Shown: in pieces, positions 1 to 11,294 of the stretch
Numbering within the stretch: the first letter of the stretch is position 1
Layout of the letters: each line of letters starts with the position of its first letter
Assembly (NCBI GenBank): GCA_008632985.1
Contig: QPGO01000058.1
Span: forward strand, 372,001-436,000
Reading direction: 5' to 3'
Length of the DNA stretch: 64,000 bases
Source: Psammoneis japonica
Lineage: Eukaryota
Position numbers and translations under genes: made by a program
The notes under the pieces: model-generated
Seen by the model: only the letters and a program-made list of their open reading frames with translations
Databases searched by the model: none
Told to the model about the DNA's origin: nothing

Positions 1-770
1 CGGTGCTCGTGTTCGTGTCATCACCAGTCTCTCGGGCATTCAACAATCCATGCAGAAGAAGAGCTGATAATACTCGAAGTATGTTTAAAGAAACACCGTC
101 ATCTTCTGGTTGTTGCTTCTTGGTCTGGAGTTCATCATAATAAGCCGCCAGAGATGTGCATAATTCCATAGAGTACCCAGCTTGACATGCGAGGGATGAA
201 TTTGAATACAACCCGCAGAGTGAATTAAGTGCGAAACCTGAATCAATGCTCTCGCGCCCATTTGATACAATAGATATAAAAGCCGTGTTCAAGTCACAAA
301 ATACTACCCGTTTCAAATACTGAAACGGAAGCTGCTTCATCCACTCCTGATACTTTTCTGCTATCAGTGTGTTGTTGTTCTCAGCTAGCACGAGGCCCAG
401 TTGGTAAAACTGCAGTGGCGTCGGCAAATGCATGCGCTTCTCCTCGTTGGTTTTGATCTTGGAACTCACTCCCATGGCTTGAAAGGAAGACACCAGTTCT
501 GAAAGGGCTGCCCCCGCGTTTAATTCTGCAGTTTTGCCGTCCACCATCTTGCTCGCTTCTCAAACGTGATGGTGCTCTGAGTTTCATATGGTTGCAGGTT
601 GCAAAGTAGGGCCCTCACCGTAAACACAATAAACCGAAAACGCGCGCGGAGCGCGGGAGCTCCTTCCCATACACACGATAGCACCCAACGGCAATGGCGG
701 CGATGGCGGCGGGCCATCATCATCGCTAAAAATCACTTCCAACTCCAACTTGCAAGATCCCTCTCCAACC

Positions 771-2146
771 ATGGAATCTACTACAGCATCTCCGCTACCA
801 AACGTTTTTCGTCCGATGGACTCGAATGAATTATCTGCTTCTTCTGAACCTACTGCTGCTCCTCAACCTGTTGTTGCTCTTCCTCCTCCTCCCGCAAATC
901 CGCTCGACGCGAACAACAATGTTGCTCAAGCACCCACCAATACTATCGTAGACGGTCTTGTCAAGGGCTCCTATCTCCCTCCGCTCAGTCAAGAGTCGGA
1001 CATTCCGTTTCTAAAATACAAGCTCTTTCGTCGAGTCGTTTTTGTGAATGAGTGTCCCGAAGAGTTGTTGGATTTGAATTCCGATCAGTGGAAAATCACC
1101 TCGTTTCTCGCAAAAGCCTTCAAACTCAAGGGCAAACAAGTGCCGCGTCAATTTCCATTTTGCCTACTAGACAAGCCAAGACTTTGACAGACCGCATGAT
1201 TGTCGTCAATTGGTGGATCAACCACACGCGGGAGGAACAGAAAATTTTCTGGACGGCTCTTCACAAACTCTTTTCTCGTCCCACCCGATCCTCGTCGCCT
1301 CTTGGTATTCATTGGAAAAGCAGTCAGGCACAACGAGAGGCTGTACGAGAACAATCGCGACAAGAGAATTTGCGATTGTTGCAGGAAAAACGCGAGGAAC
1401 AAGCACGACAAGAACAAGCCAAGCGGGAACAAGAACAACGGGAACAAGAAGAATTGCGGAAAGAGAACCAAGCCAAACAAAACTGACAGACAGTATTATG
1501 GATATCCTCGATACGACGGGCCATGCGGGTGGACAAGAGTGGATTGAGGATTTGGAAATGCCACAATTGCTCATTCGCGATCAACTCGTGATTGGGGATT
1601 GGATTCGACCGACCTTCAAGACATGCCGTGTCATGTCGGAGAACGGTTCATTCGGAACAATTTGTTGGATGTCATTGCCTGCGCCGAGCAAAAGCATTCT
1701 TCTCCAAAGCACTCAAGGAACGACTGTGGCAGAGAAGCGAAAAGGCGTGTTTGGAATACGGATCGTATAAAAAACACAAATTCGATCAGACCGAGCTCCC
1801 TCCCGACGCTATTTACACGAAAGCCATGGTGGAACTCAAAGCCAAACTCGATCAAGAATTACAAGAGAGCGAAGAGGCGTTTCGAGCGGCTGAACGAGAC
1901 TATCTGCACAAGCAAGGTATGGCGAGAGCCATGAATTTGCTGACCAAAGACATGGATCCGTCTTTGTTTGTTTCCAAAAAGACGAGTCGAAAAAGCGGAA
2001 AAAGAATAATGATGATGGTATTGGTGATATGGAGCAAGATCACGAGTCGTGACGAGGAGGGGGTGAAGCAACGCACATGGACGACACAAGACAAATCAAT
2101 CTGTAGATCGAGATGCTCGATCCTGACAGGTTGTATCCCCATGTAG
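771..2146 (+). CDS. Hypothetical protein with Glu/Gln/Arg-rich coiled coil, broken by several frameshifts (assembly indels or pseudogene)
   Basis: Coding-like segments follow each other across overlapping ORFs 750..1187, 1052..1486, 1210..1770, 1599..1934 and 1592..2146. ATG at 771. No family recognised and the 3' end is uncertain. Confidence 0.45.
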
Positions 2147-2910
2147 TAGCTTTTCGTGCTTAGCTGTCCAAGAATTCACTTTTTGATATATGCTAGATTC
2201 GCATGCTTGTGGAAAAAGTGACGACTTTCTCTAGCAGAGAGGAATCTAGCTCTAGTCTAGCTATGTAGAAAGAGAGCTTAGCTCGCGGCTACAAACGTTG
2301 ATTTGCAAAACGGGCGAGCTAATACCTGTCCGTCCTCCGCGTTCGTTTCATGTGGAACACATGAATGCACAATGCACAGGCCGGCCATGAATGAGATAGA
2401 ACATGCAAAGCATAAAAACCGTGGGTTTGAAAAAAGGGCGCGAAGATCACATGAGCGGGACTTGAGCGACTCCGAGGAGTTTTTCGAGTGTATTCATACA
2501 AGTGGTCTCAAGCATTCACAGATAAGCGCCAATTAAAGAAAAACCTCCAAAATATCGTGGGATTAAAAAAAATGGCGGGATTTGTGCAACTCCGAGCCAC
2601 CAGCATTGAGAGAAAAAGGTTCTCGCATCTGTGCTTAGAGTGGGTTTTGTGTGTGACACCTGATGAGGACCAAGCAATGCACACAAACCAAGAGTGAGTG
2701 TCTGGCAAAAAAGAGAATGAACCTTTGATTCGACTTGCTCTCTGCTGGAGAGAGTGGCCTTTCATGCAAATGGCATTGCGTCATGGCAAACAGCTTCAAA
2801 ACTTTTCCAAAACTCTAGAGAGAGAACCGAGAGGTTGAGCTGTCTGTAGCGCTCTCTAGCTAGAAGTAGCTAGAGCTACTGTACTGGTAGAATAGGGCAC
2901 CTAGCTACCG

Positions 2911-2913
<3 letters not shown>

Positions 2914-2945
<32 letters not shown>
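2914..2945. repeat. (CT)n microsatellite
   Basis: Pure CT dinucleotide run of about 16 units. Confidence 0.95.
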
Positions 2946-2947
<2 letters not shown>

Positions 2948-3750
2948 GGTAGAGTTAGTAAGTAGGAGTAGAGACTCTCTCTCTAGCTACTGTAGCTACA
3001 GTAGCGGTATGCCTATGTATCGTCTCGTTCCCGACGACAGGACGACAGGGCGGGGCGGGGGCAGGCGGGGGCTCATTCAGGTCATGTAGATTTCATGCAA
3101 AGCTGTCATCACGAAGATATATATAAAGCGCGTATAATTCTTGTATGTACAGTATAGTACTGAGGCTTTCGTGTTTGTGACCAAAAAAGCGCGCGAAAAC
3201 AGCTCCCATTAATGAAAAACATTAAGCCTCTAGGAAATTAATAAAGATAAGTAAGACTTAAAGAGGTATCTTGGTCACGCAAGAATCACATATTTTATTA
3301 TGCCAGCCAGGACGGTACATACTTCTAATGTACAGACCAAGTCAGTATGACACTTCGTGTTTTTGTCCGAAGTACCGTTTCTTTTGACCGTTTCAAGTTT
3401 CAAATTTCATATAAAATATTAAAAGCTAAATATCTGATTTTTTTAAAAATTTATTAATTAATGATAATATATATTTGGGCAGAGTATCGGATGAGTACAC
3501 GAGTGATTTTTGAATCTCGATATTGAACGGAACAATTAATATTTATTAATCGTCGCATACCTATTTATTTGCAAATCGTGCACGCACAGCGGCAACCCTC
3601 ACACGTAGGAACCGGTGTTGCGCCGTAGCTACCAACAAAACCGTGGGTTTTCGAAAAAAGACTCTGCGTGTGCCACATAATTTTTCGGTGCGTGAGGTTG
3701 TTACACGACTACAGACTCACATTTATTTTGAGTACACCGTGTAATTGACC

Positions 3751-5124
3751 ATGCCATCCCCAAAACGCCCCGTATTAACCACCATGGAGACGTCAAGTAG
3801 CAGTACGTCGTCCTCCATGTCGCCTGCGACCAGCAGTAGCGCCTATGACGATGAGCTCGAGCGCGGCGCTAGTCTTACACCATCACAACCGAAACGACCG
3901 ACCATACCGTGGTATGTGTCTACCAAGTTTCTAGCGCTTGCCGCCGTGTTACTCATGGCGGGTGCCGGAGCCGGTGCTGCCTTTGCTCTCGTGAACAAAG
4001 GCGGCAGCAGCAATAGCAGTGACAGCGACTCTCTGAATCCCAATCCCTCACCTCCGGCAACAACAACATCTCCACCCACTGTTGTATCAATTACAAGCAA
4101 ACCCACCACGATGCCTCGGAGTCCCACGGCGCCCCCGACATCTGCTCCATCAATTGCCACCTTTGAACCCACAATTACCAGTGCACCGACCCTTCCTGTC
4201 ACGTATGCTCCTACCGTGACGGCGTCTCCGACGATCCCACCGACTATAATCTATTCAGACGAGGCCTTTTCCTTTTACGTCATGGGCGATATTCCTTACA
4301 ATCAAGTGCAAAAGGCTCTGTTGGCGACTCAAGTTGCCGAAATCCGGGCAAATCCATTGCAGGACGCGGTCGTGACGGTCCATGTCGGTGACATGATGGG
4401 ACACGCTGCAAATTGCGCCGGAAGTTTTATTGCGGAGGTGGCGGATGTGCTGCGGGACTTGCCCACTCCGACGCTCGCACTGGCGGGCGACAATGACTTT
4501 TTGGATTGCGACGATCCCAGCCTGGCGTGGGACAATCATGTCAATACCTTTGTCGGCTTTGAAGACTATTGGCTCGTTTCGAACCGCACGCTGAATGTTA
4601 TGCGCAATGTTGCGCGACCGACGCATTTTTCCTTTGTGCACAACGGTATTTTATTTATTTCGGTTGATATTTGGCAGGGCGCCAATGGCGCCGTCAATGA
4701 AGAGGTCAATGTGGAGTGGGTGACGAATCGTGTCGAAAAGTTTTTTAGTGAAACGACAATTCGAGGTGTGATTTTGTTTGGACACGCCCAACGCGAACGA
4801 ACCATTCGACCCTTTTTTGAACGCATTGCTGCATTGTTTTATGACGAAGCGAATGCGGTCTATATCCGTGAAGTCCCCGTCATGTACATTCATGGCGATG
4901 GACATGAGTGGAGCATTGGAACTGCCTTTGCCGAGCAATTGGGTTGGGACTTGTTTGTCGATATTCAAGTGGATCAAGGTGCCAAGGCACCGCCCATTGC
5001 CATTCAAGTCGCGCAGGGATCTGTTGGTGATGCAAACTTTGTTCCATTGTATCCTGAAACTTCTTTGCAGTATGTTTTTGGTCGAGGACTCTTTCGCATT
5101 GACCGACGAAGTGGGCGGTATTAG
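3751..5124 (+). CDS. Membrane-anchored calcineurin-like metallophosphoesterase
   Basis: Intact ORF with a TM helix (FLALAAVLLMAGAGAGAAFALV), a Pro/Thr-rich stalk, then metal-binding motifs GDIPY, HVGD, GDNDFLDC, FGHA and HGDGH. Confidence 0.85.
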   Translation: MPSPKRPVLTTMETSSSSTSSSMSPATSSSAYDDELERGASLTPSQPKRPTIPWYVSTKFLALAAVLLMAGAGAGAAFALVNKGGSSNSSDSDSLNPNPSPPATTTSPPTVVSITSKPTTMPRSPTAPPTSAPSIATFEPTITSAPTLPVTYAPTVTASPTIPPTIIYSDEAFSFYVMGDIPYNQVQKALLATQVAEIRANPLQDAVVTVHVGDMMGHAANCAGSFIAEVADVLRDLPTPTLALAGDNDFLDCDDPSLAWDNHVNTFVGFEDYWLVSNRTLNVMRNVARPTHFSFVHNGILFISVDIWQGANGAVNEEVNVEWVTNRVEKFFSETTIRGVILFGHAQRERTIRPFFERIAALFYDEANAVYIREVPVMYIHGDGHEWSIGTAFAEQLGWDLFVDIQVDQGAKAPPIAIQVAQGSVGDANFVPLYPETSLQYVFGRGLFRIDRRSGRY

Positions 5125-5404
5125 ACTCTATTTTTGTTTGAATACAGTGGGTTAAATATATAATGCTCTGTTCTTGTGTTTCACCATGGTGAGATATTAT
5201 TGTGCAACTCATTCTGCTTTTTAGAGCGGTGGCACCCATTCAAGTTCCAGACAGATAATTTGAGAACGACTATCGTACTCGCTCCATAGATAGCTAGAAT
5301 GCAAAACATAAAACCTAGGCTCTCCCGAGAGCTACCACGTATTACTTCTCTCTCGCTTCTCGGCTTCAATTATCTCGCTACCGGTGGCAACGGTAGCAGC
5401 AGGC

Positions 5405-5490
5405 ATGTCTTTTGGACGAGGACTCTTTCGCATCGACCGACAAAGTGGGCCGTATTAGAATCTATTTTTGTGAGAATACAGTGAGTTAAA
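5405..5490 (+). repeat. Diverged ~85 bp duplicate of the 3' end and UTR of the metallophosphoesterase gene (5072-5156)
   Basis: tttggacgaggactctttcgcatcgaccgacaaagtgggccgtattagaatctatttttgtg aligns with tttggtcgaggactctttcgcattgaccgacgaagtgggcggtattagactctatttttgtt. Confidence 0.9.
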
Positions 5491-5778
5491 CGCGAAAAAC
5501 GGAAGCCCGCAAAGTCAAAAATTTGCTGGATATGAAATTGGCAAGAACGCCGCTGAAGGAAACAATTGCGAACAAGTGAATGGCGCCGAGAGACGACAGA
5601 GTTGTTAACTCACCAAGAAAGGCCAAGGAGAGAAAATATTGTAGTCTTTTCGGTGTGCACAATTGAAAAGGGTGGACAGGTGGGTCAGCAAGTCCATAAT
5701 ATGGTCAGCTGTTTGGTCGACGAGTGGAGAGGAGTAGCGGGATGCAGAACACTCAAAAACAGTTAATAATGATAAATA

Positions 5779-7101
5779 TTAAACAAAAAGAGCGGATCCC
5801 GCTATGATCACAAGACCAGCGAGCGCCGTAGCAACGCCACTCATGCCACCGCGTGGCGCAACGCCCGAATCAATGGGAGCGGAGGTAGGCGACGGTGTCG
5901 CTTCGGGATCGACAAAGGTAGGCGACGGCGTCGCTTCGGGATTGACAAAGCGACTGAGGCCGACCACGGTAAAGTTGTAGTCAAAAGTGGCCGTGTCATT
6001 CTCCGCGGCCTCTGGAATCGCGTCCGCGGTGCCTAGATTGGCCGTCCACAGTGTATCTCCCACAACAGCGGATGTTGCGGCCGTGTCGTACTCGTCGGCA
6101 GTGAGGGTTCCAAGCATTGTGACTTCGGGAATAGTAGCGTTTCCCTCCTCCTTCATCGTGACGTCAAAGACACTAATCTGGTTGATGCCCTGAGTGACGT
6201 AAAGCGTCTGGTTGCCATCGTCTTCGGTGAAGAGCTCGAGTCCGTCGGGCAGCATCAGGTCGCCGAGCGGGACGATTTCCTCCGAAATGTCATTCTCGGG
6301 TTCGACGTAGTACAGGCCATGCGTCTGAAAGAGCGCAATTAGAAAGCCGTCACCGTATTTCACAATACCTGGAGTGATGAGAGATGAGAATGGGGAGAGA
6401 AACGAGTTTGTTAGCAGTGCTACAAGAGAACGCGGCAACGAAGATACGCAGGCACTACAGGTATCATCTCAAACCTACGCACCATTGGATCGGACGGGAG
6501 TGTCGCCTTCGCCCAAAAAGACGCCGGCGTCGAGTTCAACGAACGTTAAATCGTCGCAGCTGCCATTCTCAATCGCATCCGGTACATTGAAGCTCCACAA
6601 GCGATTGTGCGTGCTGTCTGTAACATATGCGACGTCACCAACAACTTCCAAATCGTTGAAAAACCCAGGTTCGATACTATTATCCGGCTCACAAGTGGCC
6701 ACGGGTTGGTCGGCGGATGCTGGATCGTAGACGTAAACAGCAAACGGGTTCCCCAATAAGGGACCGGCGCTTACCACGATGATGTGTTTGTGCGCGTAAA
6801 AAACGCCAAGGCCACCACGTTCTTGAAAGCCTGCCGATGGCACCACATTGGTGATTTCAGTCGTCTTCGTGTCGAGGACGTTGACCCCGCCAAAGAAGAA
6901 TTCCGTCAAGAGGACGTAGGGCCCAGAATCCGTATCCAAACCCATTTCGGCAGCATCGCTGTCTGACAAGGCGTGGATTCCCTCGAGGCGCTTGTTGCCT
7001 GCTTGGGCGACAGTCACACCATGACCTTCCGTCCTAGCAGCAGGAGGTGCGGCCAACAGGAGGGCCAACAACAAAAGTCTGGAAGATAAGCGAACGAACA
7101 T
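5779..7101 (-). CDS. Secreted, possibly GPI-anchored SMP-30/gluconolactonase-like beta-propeller protein, two exons (intron 6369-6482)
   Basis: Signal peptide MFVRLSSRLLLLALLLA. Motifs FFNDLEV, AYVTDS and PDGLEL. The GT-AG intron joins RSN-GIVKYG in frame. Hydrophobic C-terminus. Confidence 0.8.
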
Positions 7102-7364
7102 TGCTGGTATGATCCGCACTGGTGATATTCGTTTCCTTCTTGGTTTGGTGTTTGGTGAAGGGTGCGTATGAAGAAGTGAAGCGCAGGTGAAGCTCCAAGT
7201 CAAAATAAAAAATAAATGATTGCACGTTCTTTTGGTGTCATGACGTCACTGCAGCTTCAACTTGACGCATTATAGGGGCTGTAGCTTTGGTAGGTAGGTG
7301 CATGGCAACATTACATCCACTATACGAAAAAGTGACACTATGATACATACAGACTACAGTACAG

Positions 7365-9890
7365 CACTGGCAAGAACCCGGCTTTTTGATTTTTTTGCCA
7401 CTCTCCCTCTCTCTGAAGACGCTTTGTGCATTTTCGAGACAATGCCAAATCGACCATGACGATGCTCAAGAGGGTGCAACAAGAAGTTGGAGGTGCACTT
7501 GCAAGAAGGCCACACAAGGGTGTGGGAGGAGTGTGTTGGTGACTCCACAGTGGCTTCTGGGAGGGCAACCACCATCGAGTGGTCGCTGAAGCAATGCTTG
7601 AGACCAAGCAGATCAGAGTGTGGTTGACAACAATGTGCTTTTGTTTGACCCCCAAAACAGGAGTTCATCATGGCACACTGTGAATCCACTGGCATTGCCA
7701 GTGGCAGCACTGTCCACTGTGAAGCATGGGCCCAAAGATTCCTCCAAGGCTTGCATGAAAAATGTGACAATGTTCGCACTTCTTGTCCTCTGTGCAACCT
7801 GCTCCTGTGTGCTCTTGAGTCATGGCTTTGGGATGAGGGGCAGAGGAGAGCAGGGGGAAAATGCTGCTCCAGTTGTTTGTCGCTGAGCTGCCGCTGCTGT
7901 GCGGCCAAGCTGAAGCACACTTGACAACAGCCAGCCTGTTTGCAGCGAGATGCCAGAAAAATGATTGGACTCAAGAGGCAACAACAGAAAAGGATTCAAA
8001 GTTTTCAAATTTTGCTTTGGGGCTGCTCTGGTCAAAGCAGCTGGAACAGACTGTGTGCATGCCCAGCAGCATCTTTTGCAGCCATGCTGCTTGTTGCCTG
8101 CGGACATTTTGCACAGCGAGGTGTCTGTGGGGTGAATTGCATCTGTTGTCAGCAGCGATCTCCCTCCATTAAAAATTCAGCTTGCAAAAGGACAAAGCAC
8201 ACACAAAATGTGAAATGCTGGCAACCATGGCGAGCATCATTGGACAAAATGGCACCCCAGAGAACCAGCCTGTGGTGGTTGAAAAGGGGTGCACTGTGCT
8301 CGAAGAACGAGTGCAAACGAAAGCAGAGCAAAGTTCGAAAAGTGAAAATTATGAGATTAAATTTTACTCTGTGATTTTTGGTTTCTCCGAACAAGTTCTC
8401 AATGGCCTAAAGCTTCTGCACTGCTTCTACAGACAAAAGGCCTTTCGGAGAATACATTCGTGACAACAGATTGTCCGGACACCATTGCCATTGACACGCA
8501 AGATGTCAACATCGTCAATTGATCGTTTTTGCAATTCTCGACATCCGATCAACTCTGTGTGATCGTTCTGTCCTTTGTGCGCATCCACAACTGTGGTGCG
8601 ATTGACACACAAATGACACACAATCATAAACATGCACATGACAGTCGCGTGCTGCAGGGGCAAGTGAAGATCAAAGAGTCGAACACAAAATGCAGGGTTG
8701 CATTGCATGAGATTTTTGCTGGATTTTTCTCTGTGGGATGAGGACGCAATGGGAGCAGTGGTTCCTGGCAAAGACAAGGGGGGCATTGGCAACAGGCAAG
8801 GGCCAGCAGAAATGCTTGTTGGGCACCTCTTGCTTGGGTTTGAAGATGATGTCATGCAAGCTCTGCCTGCAACAGCTGGTCCTGCTGAGACAAAAGAAGA
8901 TGATGCCATTGCAAAGCTGACAAAGTTGAGTGATTTCTTCCACGAGTGCTTCCTGGACATGAAGTTGTGCAAGGAATTTAAAGCTGAGGAGGCAAAAGGC
9001 AACAAGGTCCACTTTTTCTGTGTTGGTGGCAATGGCGACAGCACAAAAAGGCTTTGGCAACAAAGGGCCAGTTTTCAAAGGACAGAGAAGTCAGGCCAGA
9101 AATGCCAAGATGCCAAGTGACCAAGCCACGCATCATGAGTTCACTGTCGGGGCTGTTAAAATTCTGCTGAACATGCTTGAAGAGCTTTGTGTGGGCAAAA
9201 ACCCGATGCTGGTTGCAGAAGATGTGAAGGTGAAGAAGATCCAGAAGAAGAAGACAAGCTGGTCACTCGTTTCTTCTCAGCCAGCCTCGCACGTGCTCTG
9301 CTTTGTGTCTGCACAGAGATGACACCACACACTGTGTGTGTGTGGGGGGGGGGGGGGGGGACTGAGATGAGACTGTCGGTGGCACAGGGGTGCAAAAATC
9401 ATGTCACCCCAACATGCTGGGGGCAAAGCAAAGCTGCTGACAGAGCAAGAGACCCCCCCCACCCTCCCAAACAAAGTGGATGACTCAAAAGCCTTCTTTC
9501 AGTTTCATCTCACCCTTTGGAGTGAATCATTTGGTTTGCATGATCTTTCATTTGGCATCACTTGGGTGCCTGTGTCACATTGCAAGTTTGAAGCTGCCTC
9601 ACATTGATGCCTTTTGGCAGCCCCCACACAGAGCCTCTGCAGATTGCTGAGGCAACCGCGCAGAGCAGTGCAGAGGAAGCCTGACAGGATTCCCTTTTGG
9701 TGACATTGACTTGCCAGCTCAACAGTGACTGTGAGAAATGGCAATGACACACAGTTCTAGACACTGCATGCATTTCACCAGGCCTGTCGGCACAGAGGAT
9801 GGATGATGTGCAGGAGGTGCCAGGAATGACGTCACCCACGACTCAAACCCCGCCCCCCATTCTGAAATTCGCATTTCATGATGCGGGTGT
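7365..9890. other. TpA/CpG-depleted hypermutated block 1 (degraded element, possibly hAT-like, plus LTR relic)
   Basis: Almost no TA except a small island at about 8345-8455, and rich in TG/CA. Only weak transposase-like fragments on the + strand. Confidence 0.8.
9490..9724 (+). mobile_element. Partial or solo Copia LTR related to the LTRs at 14316 and 21016
   Basis: Shares ctttggag..aatcatttggttt, acattgatgccttttggca, gcagattgc and the terminus ttttgg..acattgacttgcc..tcaaca with both LTRs. It may begin at TGCTGG 9415. Confidence 0.75.
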
Positions 9891-10025
9891 GATAAAAAAC
9901 TCAACGGATAACGCACGGATGGATAGCCCCACCGGGCACAATCCGGCGACGTTCCGTACACAGAGCCCATGCAATTCTTTCGAAGGTCGAGGGTTCAACA
10001 GACGATAGAAGTTAGACGATAGCAC

Positions 10026-11294
10026 ATGGATTTTGTTACTACGCCGATTCGGTGGCGTCGTATCGCGATTCTCGCAGCCATCGCTCTGGTTGAAATCAAC
10101 ACGATAGTTGTACTCAACGCACGCACCAGTTTGCCTTATTTGACGTCGGTAAAGTCCAGAAATCAAACCATGGCAGAAGTGACAAGTCCCGTGCCCGCCA
10201 CTGTTGACATGTTATGCGAAGAATGCCGCTCTGCCCATGTCGGGCGACACTTCTCTTGCGTTGCGAGGATCAAAAGCTACATGACGAGCGACATCAGCTT
10301 ACGAGAAGCCCAAACAATCGTATGCCACGAACACGATGAGTGTTCCGTCTGTGACCCCACCACATGCAAATTGAACAACAGTCATGAACATCCATCCATT
10401 GCCCCCCTCCCCATCTCGTCGACCTACGACGAAATGTGGGCGCACGTTCTGTCACTGTCTGATGGTAATGCCTCTAGGGCGAAGAGTATTGCAATCAAGA
10501 AACCTCCACCACACAAGCCACAAGGAAGATCGAAGCCCTACTTTAAAGACTCAAATGTCCTTGTGTTCCAGTTTGGTGACTTGGACTACGCCGACCGTAT
10601 GAAGAACCACACGAAACGAAATAAACAGTGGACCGACTGCATGGGCTACGACTACCGATTGGAACAGCCGCTGGATCCTGACAGCACTGAATGTATGTAC
10701 ACTCAGAAGGTCCAAGCCATTCATAATGCTCTTGAAGCAGTCCCGAACAATGATTGGATTGTCTTTGTTGATCTGGATGTTCAGTACCAGGCCGAATCGT
10801 GTGATGCCCTTGAGATGATTTTGCCGAAAACATCAGTCAATCAAAGTCAACCCTGTGAGTTTATTTCATTAGCGAGCCCTCACACCATCAATACAGGAGT
10901 TGTAGTGATCAAATCGACCAATTTTACCAGGCGTTTAGTGAAAAGATGGTATAAAGTGCAACTTAAGCACAAGTTTTGCTCGGGATCTGCCGATCAAATG
11001 GCGCTTCAAGAGGTGGTCATGGAAGAAATGGAGTTCGGATCCTATGATGAAAAATGCAAAGCAATTAGTCATAGGCGTTATGGTCGCAACATATGCTTCA
11101 AGCGGTCCATGCCAGAAAGCGAACGTTCAATTCGTCAGTTGTGTTTGATGTCATGTCATGAATGGTTTACTCACCCACGTGGTGTTACTCGCCCACTCCA
11201 GTGCCGTGATTGCAGCAGGTATCAATGCTATGAACCTGCGGCAGTCTTTCGACATGAAAAGACGCCTCTGATGGGTCTGCTGCCTCCTTCATAA
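10026..11294 (+). CDS. GT34-like (GMA12/MNN10-type) glycosyltransferase, type II membrane protein
   Basis: Intact 422 aa ORF with an N-terminal TM, DxD motif WIVFVDLDV, INTGVVVIK and DQMAL. Confidence 0.75.
   Translation: MDFVTTPIRWRRIAILAAIALVEINTIVVLNARTSLPYLTSVKSRNQTMAEVTSPVPATVDMLCEECRSAHVGRHFSCVARIKSYMTSDISLREAQTIVCHEHDECSVCDPTTCKLNNSHEHPSIAPLPISSTYDEMWAHVLSLSDGNASRAKSIAIKKPPPHKPQGRSKPYFKDSNVLVFQFGDLDYADRMKNHTKRNKQWTDCMGYDYRLEQPLDPDSTECMYTQKVQAIHNALEAVPNNDWIVFVDLDVQYQAESCDALEMILPKTSVNQSQPCEFISLASPHTINTGVVVIKSTNFTRRLVKRWYKVQLKHKFCSGSADQMALQEVVMEEMEFGSYDEKCKAISHRRYGRNICFKRSMPESERSIRQLCLMSCHEWFTHPRGVTRPLQCRDCSRYQCYEPAAVFRHEKTPLMGLLPPS

Noticed and set aside
3380..3575. Very AT-rich tract as a diatom-type centromere
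   Set aside because: It is only about 200 bp and lies directly upstream of a gene, so ordinary promoter or intergenic DNA is a sufficient explanation.
2414..3660. Shared aaaaccgtgggttt..gaaaaaag motif at about 2415 and 3637 as element termini
   Set aside because: A short direct match of about 24 bp, with no convincing extension, inverted orientation or target-site duplication.
7440..9300. Firm hAT transposase call for block 1, and family calls for 46700-50400 and 60270-64000
   Set aside because: Only vague motif resemblance survives. A profile search on a back-mutated consensus is needed.
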